From an uncultured Methanomicrobiaceae archaeon (GTDB lineage Archaea; Halobacteriota; Methanomicrobia; Methanomicrobiales; Methanoculleaceae), in NCBI GenBank assembly GCA_963826525.1, contig CAWGXH010000003.1, positions 32,001 through 96,000 of the forward strand: a stretch of 64,000 nt of DNA, in the 5' to 3' direction. Each line of letters starts with the position of its first letter. Position 1 is the stretch's first letter. The position numbers and the translations under genes are program-made. Under the pieces are notes generated by a model. The model was given only the letters and a program-made list of their open reading frames with translations. It did no database searches and was not told where the DNA came from. Below are positions 1 through 10,175 of the stretch, one piece after another.

Positions 1-60
1 GCTCCGGGTGGCGCCGAGCTGCACGTCGAGTATTGTATCCTCTTTCTCTGTCAATTGCAT
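1..60 (-). CDS. cdhD: N-terminus (partial, runs off the window) of the corrinoid Fe-S protein small subunit of acetyl-CoA synthase (CdhD/AcsD)
   Basis: ATG at 60 after GGACGGAG. Translates MQLTEKEDTILDVQLGATRS, resembling the I-x-E-V-x-L-G-A-T start of CdhD/AcsD. Lies directly downstream of acsB. Confidence 0.6.
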   Translation of the reverse strand, partial: MQLTEKEDTILDVQLGATRS

Positions 61-68
61 CTCCGTCC

Positions 69-2100
69 TCAAATAAGGGGTTTCATCTTCAGGTACCGGA
101 TGGTCGACCCGCTCAAGGAACGCAATCAGGTCTTCAAGCGTCGGTGCGGTCGTCTCGTCCGCGATCTTCTCCAGAAGATCCGGCATGCCGAGCCCCTCCA
201 GTCTCGCACGCAGCCGATCCCGCAGCTCCTCCTTGAGGGTCGCCGGCATCCAGACGACCCGTTCGATGCCGTTCTCCGCCTGGAGGAACCGGTCGCTGAC
301 GATATAGTTCTTGGATACTCCGACGAACCCCGGGGTCTGCGCTCCGCCCCCGATAGTGCCGGCAAGGGTGGAGAAGGTCATCCCGAGCGGGGTCTCGCCG
401 CCGAAGTCCCGGGTGACGATCAGGATACCGCTCGTCTCCGGGACGATGGCCGCGATGCACTCAAAGCATCCGCAGGCGGTCATCGGGTTCTCCAGCATGC
501 TGTACAGGGAGACCCTGTCCGTCTCGCCGTGAGACGCCTTCTTCACGAACCGGTTCACGCCCGAGAACTCTCCGAGCACCGAATCGATCGCCTCGCCTTT
601 CCGGACGGGCTGGTTTGCCCCGGCCGGGGTGATCTCGTATGCGATGCGGGCATCGAGCCAGGTGATGGCGCCGCAGAGCGCAGGGCGTTCGGGGGTGATG
701 ATGCAGACGTGGTTTGGGGCGAACGTCTGGCAGAGGGTGCAGGAGTAGAAGGTCTCCACGTCCTCGTCCTTCATGCCGGCGATCCGCTCGTCCCGTTCGG
801 CGTACAGTGCACGGGCCTCCGGGAGCATCTCCCTGACCTTTTGGCCGTCGGTGACCAGCGTCACCTGCACGGCATCGATATGGTCGGGAAACTCCATCCT
901 GAACTTGTGGGCGAGCAGTGTTCCGAGATCGCCGATCGTCACCCCTTTGGCGACCGCATCCTTCGAGATACGCACCCAGATCAGGTCGCGCTGCGCGACA
1001 TGCCACGACCCCTCGCCGTAGTTGATGAACGTATGGATTCTCCGCTCCAGCACCGGTTCGTAGTCCTTCTTCATCCTCTGCCCTGCAACGTCCACGAGAA
1101 TGGCAAGGGGGAGGGCGGCGCCCGGGGCGACCGAGTCCACGTCCGGGCCGACGACGCTGACCGCACCGTCACGGACCTCATCCGCCGGACGCATCCGGAG
1201 GAGCTCGAATGCCGGTGTCCGTCCCCCGCCGAACTCCACGTACATCTCTTCCTTGCGGATGCTCTTCCCCTCAAAAGCGGGAGAACAGGCCATGGGGATA
1301 GGTATCGCAGTGACGGCGACCTTGATCCCTCGCATCTCCATTCCCGTCCTGACGATGTCGGCGGGAGTGGTGCGGATCCAGGTCCCTCCTTCGTAGCCGC
1401 CCGTCGTGAGGATCGGAATGCCGAGAACCTGCAGTGCCTCGACGAACGCGATCTCCTCATCCGTGAGACCGGGGAAGGCAACGACGAATGCTTTTGCCCG
1501 TTGTGCGGCGTAGACCAGCAGGCGGTCGAGATCGCCGGGCTGAACCCCGCCGAACATCATCGCGACACGGGCGATGATATCGGCAAAGTGGATTCCATCC
1601 GCCCCGTCGGGACCCAGCGGCACCAGGCGGTAATCGAGCCCCACGTGGACGCCGGCCTCGCCCAGGGTCGATACGACCCCGCCTGCGAGGAACGTGAGCA
1701 GGTACTTCTCCTGCATCTCCCTGCAGATGGCGGCCGCCGCTTCACCGCTCTCGGGCCTCCCTACGAGGAGACCGATGCCGACGACACTCCCGTCGACCAG
1801 CGAGTAGCCGAGCTTCCGCAGTACGGCATCGCCGATAAACCCCGTGTACGGCTCCCCTTTACCGCCTTCCGCGGCGCTTCGTGCCGCCATCAGGCACTCG
1901 GACGCGACGAGCGGATTCATTCCCGACCGCTCGTATGCATCCCGGGCCTCGTCTGCGGTCCGCACGGCCATGCCGGTGACGGCGTACGTAACGGGGAGGG
2001 CGTACGCAGTCCCTTCGTATGAGAACTGCCCCTCCAGCCGCTGCATGGCACTATCGAGGCTGGTATTTCCGTGCTGCACCGCCGCATCGATACTGTTCAT
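69..2100 (-). CDS. acsB: Acetyl-CoA synthase (ACS) catalytic subunit, long bacterial AcsB type (~680 aa); probable 1-bp insertion near the 3' end
   Basis: Manual translation from ATG 2100 (AGGAGG RBS at 2108-2113) gives SPAFEGKSIRKEEMYVEFGG, YSCTLCQTFAPNHVC, LCGAITW and PMTACGCFEC (A-cluster ligands). Removing one base at ~92 gives a typical HPVLKMKPLI* end with TGA at 71-69. Missing from the ORF track because the uncorrected frame runs off the window. Confidence 0.9.
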
Positions 2101-2138
2101 ATCGGTACCTCCTGTATGGTGAGATCGGAGTGCAAGGG

Positions 2139-2144
2139 TATAAA
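2139..2144 (-). promoter_or_regulatory. Putative TATA box of the acs operon
   Basis: TTTATA on the minus strand about 40 nt upstream of the acsB ATG. Confidence 0.5.
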
Positions 2145-2211
2145 TGGTCGCTCGCACGTCACCGCTTCCGGAGCGGTTGACGATGAGGAAGATCCGGCCG
2201 GGCGAGGATCC

Positions 2212-2808
2212 CTACGGCATCTCGCTCTGCTCCGCGGGGCAGAAGTTGCAGAGCGAGTGGGGCACGTCCTTCTCCCGGTCGCGGATGGGGCAGAGGAACC
2301 TGCCGCTCCTCTCCTCCACGGCAAACCCGCCGGGAAACGGCATCCCGACCGGGTGGCCGGGCCGGTCGAGGACGAACATCTCGAACGCCGCGACGAGATA
2401 GTAGAAGAAGCGGTGACGGGGCTCATAGTTGTCCGCCCGGGTATCGTCCCAGCGAAAGCACCCTTCCGGCACCATGGCGAAGTATGCAAAAGCCTGCTCC
2501 CGATCGGCGATCGGCCCGGTCAGGGCAGTGAAGCGCCCGCTCCGGTGCATCGAGAGGAGACGGTGGTATGCGCCGAGGATCTGCTCGGTGAAATACGGGC
2601 GCACCGCCTCGCGGTAAGGCGAGGGGAGATCGCGCACCTCACGGTAGAGCCGTCCGCCGATCACCTGGAGGTCGGCGAGCGTATACCGCTCCGCCTCTCG
2701 TGCAAGCAGCGTGCCGAGCTCCCCTTTCGTCCGTGCGGCTGCGAGGGAGCTGCAGACCTCCTCGATATGCAGCCGTTCGGGGTCTGCAGCCGGTCTATCG
2801 TGGTGCAT
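2212..2808 (-). CDS. DUF2115/UPF0305 family protein
   Basis: PGHPVGMPFPGGF..CP.R......S.C.FCPA motif of the methanogen UPF0305 family; ATG 2808 preferred. Confidence 0.75.
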   Translation of the reverse strand: MHHDRPAADPERLHIEEVCSSLAAARTKGELGTLLAREAERYTLADLQVIGGRLYREVRDLPSPYREAVRPYFTEQILGAYHRLLSMHRSGRFTALTGPIADREQAFAYFAMVPEGCFRWDDTRADNYEPRHRFFYYLVAAFEMFVLDRPGHPVGMPFPGGFAVEERSGRFLCPIRDREKDVPHSLCNFCPAEQSEMP

Positions 2809-2868
2809 GGTGTTTGATCTTCCGGGTACGCCGGGAGGGGTAAAAAATTTCACTCCTCCGGGTCTTTC

Positions 2869-3924
2869 TCAGAGCCACCGTCTCCGCCAGAACCAGATCA
2901 GCATCGCGACTGCGATGGTCGCCATCCCGGCGAGCGCCGCCGGGTATGCCCAGTGGTAGCCGAGCTCGGGCATATACCGGAAGTTCATCCCGTAGACCCC
3001 GGCGACGAAGGTGAGCGGGATGAAGATCGTCGCGATGACGGTCAGGACTTTCATCACTTCGCTCATCCGCCGGCTCTGCTCGGAGAGGTAGAGGTCGAGG
3101 ATGCCGGCGGCCGTGTCACGGTAGGTCTCCACCGTCTCCGCCACCTGGACGGTATGGTCGTAGACGTCCCGGAGGTATACCCGCGTCGTCTTCCGGATAA
3201 GGGGCGACTCCCCGCGTTCGAGGGCGCTCACCACCTCCCGGAGCGGCCAGACCGAGCGCCGGAGTTCGATCAGTTCCCGTTTTGCAGCATAGATCGCCTG
3301 GAGGGTTCCTCCGTCCGCAGACGCGAGCACCTCCTCTTCGATCCCCTCGAATGCGTCTCCGTACTCCTCGAGCACCTGGAAGTAGCCGTCGACCACGGCG
3401 TCGAGCAGGGCGTAGGTGAGGTAATCCGCTCCCTCTTTCCTGATACGGCCCCGGCCGGACCGGAGCCGCTCCCGTATCGGATCGAAGACGTCTCCTGCCC
3501 GCTCCTGAAACGAAACGACGAATGAAGGCCCGAGGACCAGGCTGACCTGCTCGCTCCGGACGGCGCCCTCCTCATAGGACAGCATCTTCGTGACGACGTA
3601 GATGTAGTCTTCGTACTCCTCCGTCTTCGGCCGCTGCCGCGTGTTGACGATATCCTCCTCCGTCAGCGGGTGGAGGCCAGCACGATCCCCGATCGCCTTG
3701 ATAAGCCCGGTCTCGTAGAGGCCGTTCACGTTCACCCAGGTTATAGACCTGCCCCGAAGGTCGGGGAGGCTCTCCGGGGCGACGGCGCACTGCTCGTCGT
3801 AGTGCTGCTCGTCGTAGGTGATCACCGATATCGTGACGGGTTCGTCCTGCCGCTCGCCGATATGGACCAGCGTTCCCGGCGGGAGCCCCTGTTTCGATGC
3901 CCCTCGGGGCGGATCGGACGTCAT
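2869..3924 (-). CDS. corA: Magnesium/cobalt transporter CorA
   Basis: GLPPGTLVHIG N-terminus, QRPK, GVYGMNF..MPEL signature, two C-terminal TM helices. Confidence 0.95.
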   Translation of the reverse strand: MTSDPPRGASKQGLPPGTLVHIGERQDEPVTISVITYDEQHYDEQCAVAPESLPDLRGRSITWVNVNGLYETGLIKAIGDRAGLHPLTEEDIVNTRQRPKTEEYEDYIYVVTKMLSYEEGAVRSEQVSLVLGPSFVVSFQERAGDVFDPIRERLRSGRGRIRKEGADYLTYALLDAVVDGYFQVLEEYGDAFEGIEEEVLASADGGTLQAIYAAKRELIELRRSVWPLREVVSALERGESPLIRKTTRVYLRDVYDHTVQVAETVETYRDTAAGILDLYLSEQSRRMSEVMKVLTVIATIFIPLTFVAGVYGMNFRYMPELGYHWAYPAALAGMATIAVAMLIWFWRRRWL

Positions 3925-4904
3925 GACGCTCCCTCGAAGGGTCCTCCCTCGTAGACGATGACATTCTCGGTGGCGATGGCGATGGAACCGGCCTCTTCGA
4001 CCGCTTCCAGCAGTCTTCGCGAGAGTTCATCCTTCAGAATCCTGCGTGTCCGCACCTCGGTCACGTACCTGATATCGAAGGTGATCCAGTTGTCGGTGAG
4101 CGTCAGGTAGATCGAGGGTTCGACGACCTTCTTCGGGAAGTAGTACTTCTCGCCGATCCGGGCGATCTCATACTCCGCACGGTCGGTGAGCTCCCGTGTC
4201 TCCTCCCTGACGATCTCGAGGAAGAGTTCGGCTGCCCGTCTCCAGTCCGAGTCGTAGGTGATGGGGATCGAGATCTCGTCCCAGATAAAGGAGTGGTCTT
4301 TGGTGAAGTTGAAGGTCTTGGAACCGAGGATGGCACCGTTCGGCACCGTCGTGATACGTCCTGTCGGCTGGTCGCCCTGTACGCCCCGCTCGTGGATCTC
4401 GAGGAGGGTGGTGTTCAAAATCCCGATATCGATGACGTCTCCAAGCGTCTCCTCAAGCTCGATCCGGTCGCCGACGGTGTAGATCCGGGAGACGAAGATC
4501 TGGATGCCGCCGACGAAGTTCTTGAAGAGGTCCTGGAGCGCGATGGCGATGCCGGCACCGATGATGCCATAGGCGACGAAGATGTAGTTCGTGTCGATCC
4601 AGATCCGGACGGCGATGACGGCGATGACGATATAGTAGAGCACTGAAAAAGTGCGTTTGAACGAGTAGCGTGTCTTCGGCTCCCGTATCTGCCGGAGCGC
4701 GATCCAGCGGATGACGAGAAAGACGAGGTAGATGATCGTTACGGCAAGGAAGGTGAGGTAGAGTTTTTCAAGGGAGATATCGGGGAAGATCCGATCCGCC
4801 AGCCAGAACGATACCGTCAGGCCCGCAAGGAGCGCGAAGCTGACCAGCACCCGTGCGGTATCCCGCATACCCTCGTTTTGCTGCTTCTGGTCTTCGCCGT
4901 CCAT
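3921..4904 (-). CDS. mscS: Small-conductance mechanosensitive channel (MscS family)
   Basis: IAIALQDLFKNFVGG, VGDRIE..GDVIDIG, PNG motif; N-terminal TM segments. Confidence 0.9.
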   Translation of the reverse strand: MDGEDQKQQNEGMRDTARVLVSFALLAGLTVSFWLADRIFPDISLEKLYLTFLAVTIIYLVFLVIRWIALRQIREPKTRYSFKRTFSVLYYIVIAVIAVRIWIDTNYIFVAYGIIGAGIAIALQDLFKNFVGGIQIFVSRIYTVGDRIELEETLGDVIDIGILNTTLLEIHERGVQGDQPTGRITTVPNGAILGSKTFNFTKDHSFIWDEISIPITYDSDWRRAAELFLEIVREETRELTDRAEYEIARIGEKYYFPKKVVEPSIYLTLTDNWITFDIRYVTEVRTRRILKDELSRRLLEAVEEAGSIAIATENVIVYEGGPFEGAS

Positions 4905-4920
4905 AATCTCGACCTCTCCG

Positions 4921-5154
4921 TCACATAATCTCTTTCGCCCGGGCAGCGATGCGCCCTATCCAGAGTGTCGCGAGGACGGCGATGACCGTCACGACGACCG
5001 CGTAGACGAGCATTGCCGGGATGGTGGTCTGCGGCCCGAAGTACTCCTTGAATAGTGCCTGGATAGCCGAGTTCCATGCGAGTGCCGCGACCAGCCCGAA
5101 GGCAGCGGTGATGAGTGCGGCCATTTTGTCGATAACATCCGTGGTGGGCGGCAT
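4921..5154 (-). CDS. Small two-TM membrane protein (DUF5654-like), paralog 1
   Basis: LITAAFGLVAALAWNSAIQ motif, 77 aa. Confidence 0.8.
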   Translation of the reverse strand: MPPTTDVIDKMAALITAAFGLVAALAWNSAIQALFKEYFGPQTTIPAMLVYAVVVTVIAVLATLWIGRIAARAKEIM

Positions 5155-5418
5155 CGGAGACTCTCTGATATTCGGATAGGAACTCCGGCATCATATACTT
5201 ATAGCCCTCTGCGTGCACCGATCGGTGCACCGGGCTGCCGGGAGCGGCCGGTGAAAAGAGATGGTGATCGCGGGGATGGCGAGGATGCCTGGAGACCCGT
5301 CCCGGGATTGAGAGCAGATCCGGAAAAGGCTCTCTGATCGAAGGTATTCTCACTCATCGTGTCGGCAGAACGATCGCGGGCACGGCCTGTAGAGGATAAC
5401 CGCATCGGTAAGAGAGTG

Positions 5419-5440
5419 CGGGAGGGGGCTCGCCCCCTCC
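5419..5440. repeat. Intergenic GC-rich palindrome (REP-like), copy 1
   Basis: GGAGGGGGC-TC-GCCCCCTCC hairpin; 22 bp identical (inverted) to 16829-16850. Confidence 0.75.
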
Positions 5441-5472
5441 TGGAAGAGTGTTTCGGGGCAGCCCCCGGTGCT

Positions 5473-5739
5473 TTAGGCCTTTCCCTTCTCGGCCATCCGC
5501 TGCTCTCCCTGTGCCCGGGCGGCTACCCGCCCGATCCAGATAGTCGCAATGACGGCGATGATCGTGACGAGAATCGCGTACCCGAGCAATGCCGGAATGG
5601 CGCTCTGCGTCCCGAATATCGCCGTAAATATCGCCTGAATCGCCCCGTTCCATGCAAGTGCGGCGACCAGCCCGAAGGCCACCGTGATGAGTTCGGCTAC
5701 CTTATCGATAATTTCTGCCTGTAGTGCCAAAGAGGACAC
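5473..5739 (-). CDS. Small two-TM membrane protein (DUF5654-like), paralog 2
   Basis: LITVAFGLVAALAWNGAIQ; clearly homologous to 4921-5154; GTG start. Confidence 0.8.
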   Translation of the reverse strand: MSSLALQAEIIDKVAELITVAFGLVAALAWNGAIQAIFTAIFGTQSAIPALLGYAILVTIIAVIATIWIGRVAARAQGEQRMAEKGKA

Positions 5740-5841
5740 CTCCGGGTGAGCGATACGGTGCTCCCCTCCTTAAATGTTTGCTACACTTTCGGGACGTCCG
5801 GTATACCCATAACTAACAAGCCCTCCAACGTCGAAGTATAA

Positions 5842-7855
5842 ATGATGGATACCCTCGACGACTGGTTCCCGTACAGCAGTTACCGCCCCCACCAGCGGGA
5901 GATGCTCGAGCTTGCAGCATCCTCTGCGAGGGAGGGGGGGATCGCGATGATCGACGCCCCCACCGGCAGCGGTAAATCGAGTGTCGTCTCGGCGCTGCTT
6001 GCCGAGAGCCGGGGGAGGAAGGTGATCATCGGCGTGCGCACCATCAGTCAGCTCAACACGTTCATGCGGGAGCTCTGCGATGATCCGCAAGAAGCGGGGG
6101 GCTCTCAAATTCGCGTATCTCATCGGGAAGGGGAGCATGTGCCCTCTTCGCGGGGAGGGAGACATCTACCGGCGGTGCGAGGGGGTGAAGGCGTTCTCGA
6201 CCGCCCTGATGCGGGAGCGGGCGCAGAAAGGCTCGCTCATACCGGCGAACGACCGGCAGATCCGCCAGCAGATCCGGAAGATGGACATCGATCACCCGCT
6301 CATCTGCCCCTACTACGTCCACGCGAAGTCCTACGTCGAGCCCGAGGATGCGGGGCTGAAGATGATCCCCTCGGCGGCGCTCCGCGTCCGTGCCGAACGC
6401 GTGCGAAACGAACTGATCCTCCCCGACCAGCTCGTCAAGTTCTGCGGCGATATCTGCCCGTACGAGACGATGCTGCACGCCGCACGGGAAGCGGACGTCA
6501 TCGTCGTGAACTTTCACCACCTCTTCAACGATGCCATCCGGGAGCAGCTCTACCAGTCGCTCGATATCGACGGCGGCGGTGCCCTTCTCCTGATCGACGA
6601 GGCGCACAACTGCGGGGAGGTCGTCCAGAGCATCGAGAGCGTGGTGCTGGAGGAGCGCGATCTCGAACAGGCGGGCAGCGAACTCTCCCACCAGCGCAAG
6701 ACGAGCAAGGAAGCGGATGCAATCCAGAACCTCCTCCCGCCGGTCCGCCAGTTCATGGAGGCGCTGAAGCCGTCGCGGGAGATGGAGGACTGGTTCGCGC
6801 CCGAGATCTTCCAGAAGATGATCATGAAAGGCTCACTCTACCCGAGTATGGAGGCGATCGTCGACGACCTCCTCAAGATCAGCGAAGGTCTCCGCGAGCG
6901 GAATCTCAAGGCCGGAGAGTTTCGCGAGAGCGCCATCGAGCGGCTCTGCGAGTTCTTCTACCGGATCTTCCGCTCGGCGGCCGACCCTGCGTTCCTCACC
7001 GTCTACCGGAAGGGCGAGGACGGGAGCGTGGCGCTCGAGGTGCGCAATATCGACCCGAGCACGAAGCTGCAGGATATCGCCCAGGCGCACGCCTGCTGTA
7101 TCCTCATCTCGGGAACGCTCTCACCGGTCGAGAGCTACCGCCGCTACTACTTCGGCGACCTTCCCGTCCGGACGCTCTCGCTCCCGAACGCCTTCCCGAA
7201 GGAGAACCGGCTCATCCTCGCGGCGACCGATATCACCACCGCATACTCGATGCGCCGCGACCCGCAGAACCTCGCACGGCTCGATGAGTATATCCGAACG
7301 TTTGCGACCCTTCGGGGGAACCTCGCCATTTACTTCCCCTCGTACAATCTCCTCAACACCTTCGCGGAACGGTGCGCACGGAGCATCCGGGGAAAGCAGG
7401 TCTTCATCGAGCCGAAAGGGGCGTCGGACGCGAGTGCGGCGCTAAAAGAGTTCATGGCACTCCCCGCGCAGCATAAGTCGGGTATCCTCTTTGCGGTCAG
7501 CGGCGGGAAGTGGAGCGAAGGGCTCGATTACCGGGGGGATCTCCTCGCCGGGGCGCTTGTCATCGGCCTCCCCCTCGCGCCTTACAACCGGGTCAGGCAG
7601 ATGGTGATCGAGTACTTCCGGATGAAGTTCGGCGAGGAGGGGGAATTTATCAGTTATACCCTGCCGGCGATCAACCGTGCCCTCCAGGCGCTCGGGCGCG
7701 TGCTCCGGACACCGGAAGACCGGGGCGTGCTGGTGCTCGGGGAGAAGCGGTTCCTCGAGCCCCGGGTGAAGGGCGGCCTCCCCCCCTGGATGCAGGCGGA
7801 GATGGTGGAATGCGGTGTCGAAGGGTTCAAAAAGGCGGTTCCTGCATGGAGATAA
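5842..7855 (+). CDS. ATP-dependent DNA helicase, XPD/Rad3/DinG family (frameshift at ~6075)
   Basis: Q motif FPY..YRPHQ, Walker A APTGSGKS, Fe-S Cys, DEAH, SGTLSP, QALGRVLR. Split over ORFs 5842.. and 6080..7855 by one extra base. Confidence 0.9.
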
Positions 7856-8310
7856 CGTCCGGTGCCTGCAGGCTCGGCCTCTGGTTCGTGCACGTCTCCT
7901 GGCAGGGCGATCTCGTCCACCGCGTCCGGTTCTCCCGGCAGGGTGTGGAGAGCAGCGTGCCCGAACCGCTCCGCCGCTACTGTGCCGGGCGGCAGGAAGA
8001 CCTCCTCTCCCTCGAGAGCACGGCAACCGGGGGGGATTTTGTGACGGCGCGGATTTACCGCGAGGTGCGGCGTGTTCCCTACGGCGAGACCGCGACCTAC
8101 GGGGATATTGCTGCGAAGGTCGGGACGGCTCCGCGTGTCGTCGGGATGGCCATGGCGAGGAATCCGACGCCGCTCGTCATCCCCTGCCACCGTATCGTCG
8201 CAAAAGGCGGGATCGGAGGATTTTCCCCCGAGGTCGGGATTAAGGAGCATCTCCTCTCCCTGGAACAGAGAACTGCCCGAAAAAACGGAGAGTTTAACCG
8301 CCATCTTTGA
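7846..8310 (+). CDS. ogt: Methylated-DNA--protein-cysteine methyltransferase
   Basis: VPYGETATYG, RVVG.A...NP...IPCHRIV active site. Confidence 0.92.
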   Translation: MEITSGACRLGLWFVHVSWQGDLVHRVRFSRQGVESSVPEPLRRYCAGRQEDLLSLESTATGGDFVTARIYREVRRVPYGETATYGDIAAKVGTAPRVVGMAMARNPTPLVIPCHRIVAKGGIGGFSPEVGIKEHLLSLEQRTARKNGEFNRHL

Positions 8311-8330
8311 CAAAGTCATACGAGTAATCT

Positions 8331-9254
8331 ATGAAGGTTGTAGTTCTTGGTGCGGGGGCGGTCGGTCTCACCGTCGCCGCGAAGCTCTCGGCTGTCTGTG
8401 AGGTCCACGCGGTCTGCCGGAAACGCCATGCCGACCGCATCAGAGAGCGGGGGCTCCTCCTGACCGGCATCTGGGGTGAGGGCACCTACCGCTTCAGCTG
8501 CTCCGAAGACCTTCCGGAAGGGTATGATGCGGACTACTATATCATCACCTCCAAATCCACCGGCACGGAAGCGATCTGCAGGGAGTATGCCGATGAGATC
8601 CGCGGCCGCGAGGTGGTCAGCCTCCAGAATGGCATCGGCAACGAGGAGATCATCGCCCGGTTCACGGGCCGCGTCATCGGCGGCATGATCATCACCGGCT
8701 TTGAGTGGCGCGGCGATGCGGCGGTGCACGTCTCCGTGGAGGCCGCTCCGATGAAACTCGGACGGTTCCCGGAAGGGATCGATGATTCGGTCATGCGGCT
8801 CGTACGTCTTATCGAGAGTGCGGGGATGAATGCCCTCCCCGGTGGGGAGATCCGGAGCGATATCTGGTCGAAGACGCTCTACAACTGTGCCTTAAACCCG
8901 CTCGGCGCTCTCGCCGACGTCGCTTACGGGAAACTTGCCGACCCGCACGCCTGGCGGATCGTCACCGAGCTCGTCCGGGAGGTCTGCCTGGTGGCGGAGG
9001 CGGAGGGCGTCCGGCTTCCCTGGAAGACCCCGGGCGAATACCTTGCCTTCCTCAGAGACGTCCAGCTGCCGGCGACTGCGGCGCACCACTCCTCGATGCT
9101 CCAGGATCTCAAAAGCGGGAGGAAGACCGAGATCGACTTTTTGAACGGAGCGGTGGTCTCCCGGGGCCGCCTGCACGGCATTCCCGTGCCCTACAACGCC
9201 TGCATCACCGAACAGATCCGGTTCCGCGAGGAACTCGGGCGGGAAGGAAGGTAG
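8331..9254 (+). CDS. panE: 2-dehydropantoate 2-reductase
   Basis: GAGAVG, SLQNGIG, WSK..YN..LN, SSMLQDL..GRKTEIDFLNG. Confidence 0.92.
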   Translation: MKVVVLGAGAVGLTVAAKLSAVCEVHAVCRKRHADRIRERGLLLTGIWGEGTYRFSCSEDLPEGYDADYYIITSKSTGTEAICREYADEIRGREVVSLQNGIGNEEIIARFTGRVIGGMIITGFEWRGDAAVHVSVEAAPMKLGRFPEGIDDSVMRLVRLIESAGMNALPGGEIRSDIWSKTLYNCALNPLGALADVAYGKLADPHAWRIVTELVREVCLVAEAEGVRLPWKTPGEYLAFLRDVQLPATAAHHSSMLQDLKSGRKTEIDFLNGAVVSRGRLHGIPVPYNACITEQIRFREELGREGR

Positions 9255-9259
9255 GTTCC

Positions 9260-9871
9260 GTGCGTTCGGCTGTCGTCCTTGTCGGTGGTGAGGCACGCCG
9301 TGCCGGCGGCCGGGAGAAGTACTTCTTCACCTACCATGGAAAGACCTTCATCGACCGTCTCCTCGATACGTTGCATGAGGTCGTGGATGAGGTCGTGGTG
9401 GTGGCTCGCGACCCCGATCAGTGCGAGCGGTTCGCCGAGATCGAGAGCATCAGGTGCATCCACGATCTCCGGCAGGGCATCGGGCCGATCGGCGGCCTGC
9501 ACGCGGGTTCGCGGGCGGTGCACGGGGAGCTGCTCTTCGTCGCAGCCTGCGACATGCCCTGTGTCAACCGCAATGTCATAGAACTGCTCTTTGACTGCAT
9601 CGACGATTTCGACGCGGCTATTCCCTGCTGGAACCGGGATATGCTCGAACCGCTTCATGCCGTCTACCGGAGGTCGGCACTCCTCGACTACCTGAACGAA
9701 CACGAGTCGCTCTCACTCCGGACGATGGTCAGGAACCTCAACGCCCGCTATGTGGCCATGGACCGTATCCGGCAGCTCGACCCGGAGCTCCGCACCTTCG
9801 TCAACATCAATAAGCTCGAAGAACTCGGGGAGATCAACCGGCTGGCCGCCGATCAGGAAGAGCGTTCGTAG
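9260..9871 (+). CDS. mobA: Molybdenum cofactor guanylyltransferase
   Basis: LVGG.ARRAGG.EK, GPIGG, ACDMP, EPLHAVY, FVNIN. Confidence 0.88.
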   Translation: MRSAVVLVGGEARRAGGREKYFFTYHGKTFIDRLLDTLHEVVDEVVVVARDPDQCERFAEIESIRCIHDLRQGIGPIGGLHAGSRAVHGELLFVAACDMPCVNRNVIELLFDCIDDFDAAIPCWNRDMLEPLHAVYRRSALLDYLNEHESLSLRTMVRNLNARYVAMDRIRQLDPELRTFVNINKLEELGEINRLAADQEERS

Positions 9872-10175
9872 CCCCGCATCTGCGGGGTGCCGCGGATCGC
9901 GACCGGAGCGGGCCTGGCAAACCCGGTGCGCGACATAAATGCTCTCCGCTCTTCATTCAGAGTATCTAGGGGCTTCGTTTACAAATCAGGGGTTCTCCGG
10001 TGTAGCATGGTTTGGAAACTCCCGCCTCCGGCACTTTTGCAGGATAGAAACCTTTAGGTGAAAAGGCCTGTTCTTCATCCTTCTTTATTTAAAAAACTTG
10101 GTTATCTTCGCACAATTGTTCAGGACTTGTCGTTAACGGGAACCTATAAATATATTCCTGATCAGTGACGGTTCC

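Noticed and set aside
55-2022. 655-aa + strand ORF
   Set aside because: Antisense shadow of acsB caused by GC3 bias; no motifs. The same applies to most other long overlapping ORFs (31131..32888, 22376..23836, 35622..37124 and similar).
9872-10175. AT-rich spacer as a replication origin (GAAAC-containing ORB-like words)
   Set aside because: No good match to the ORB consensus, no repeated boxes, and no cdc6/orc1 nearby.
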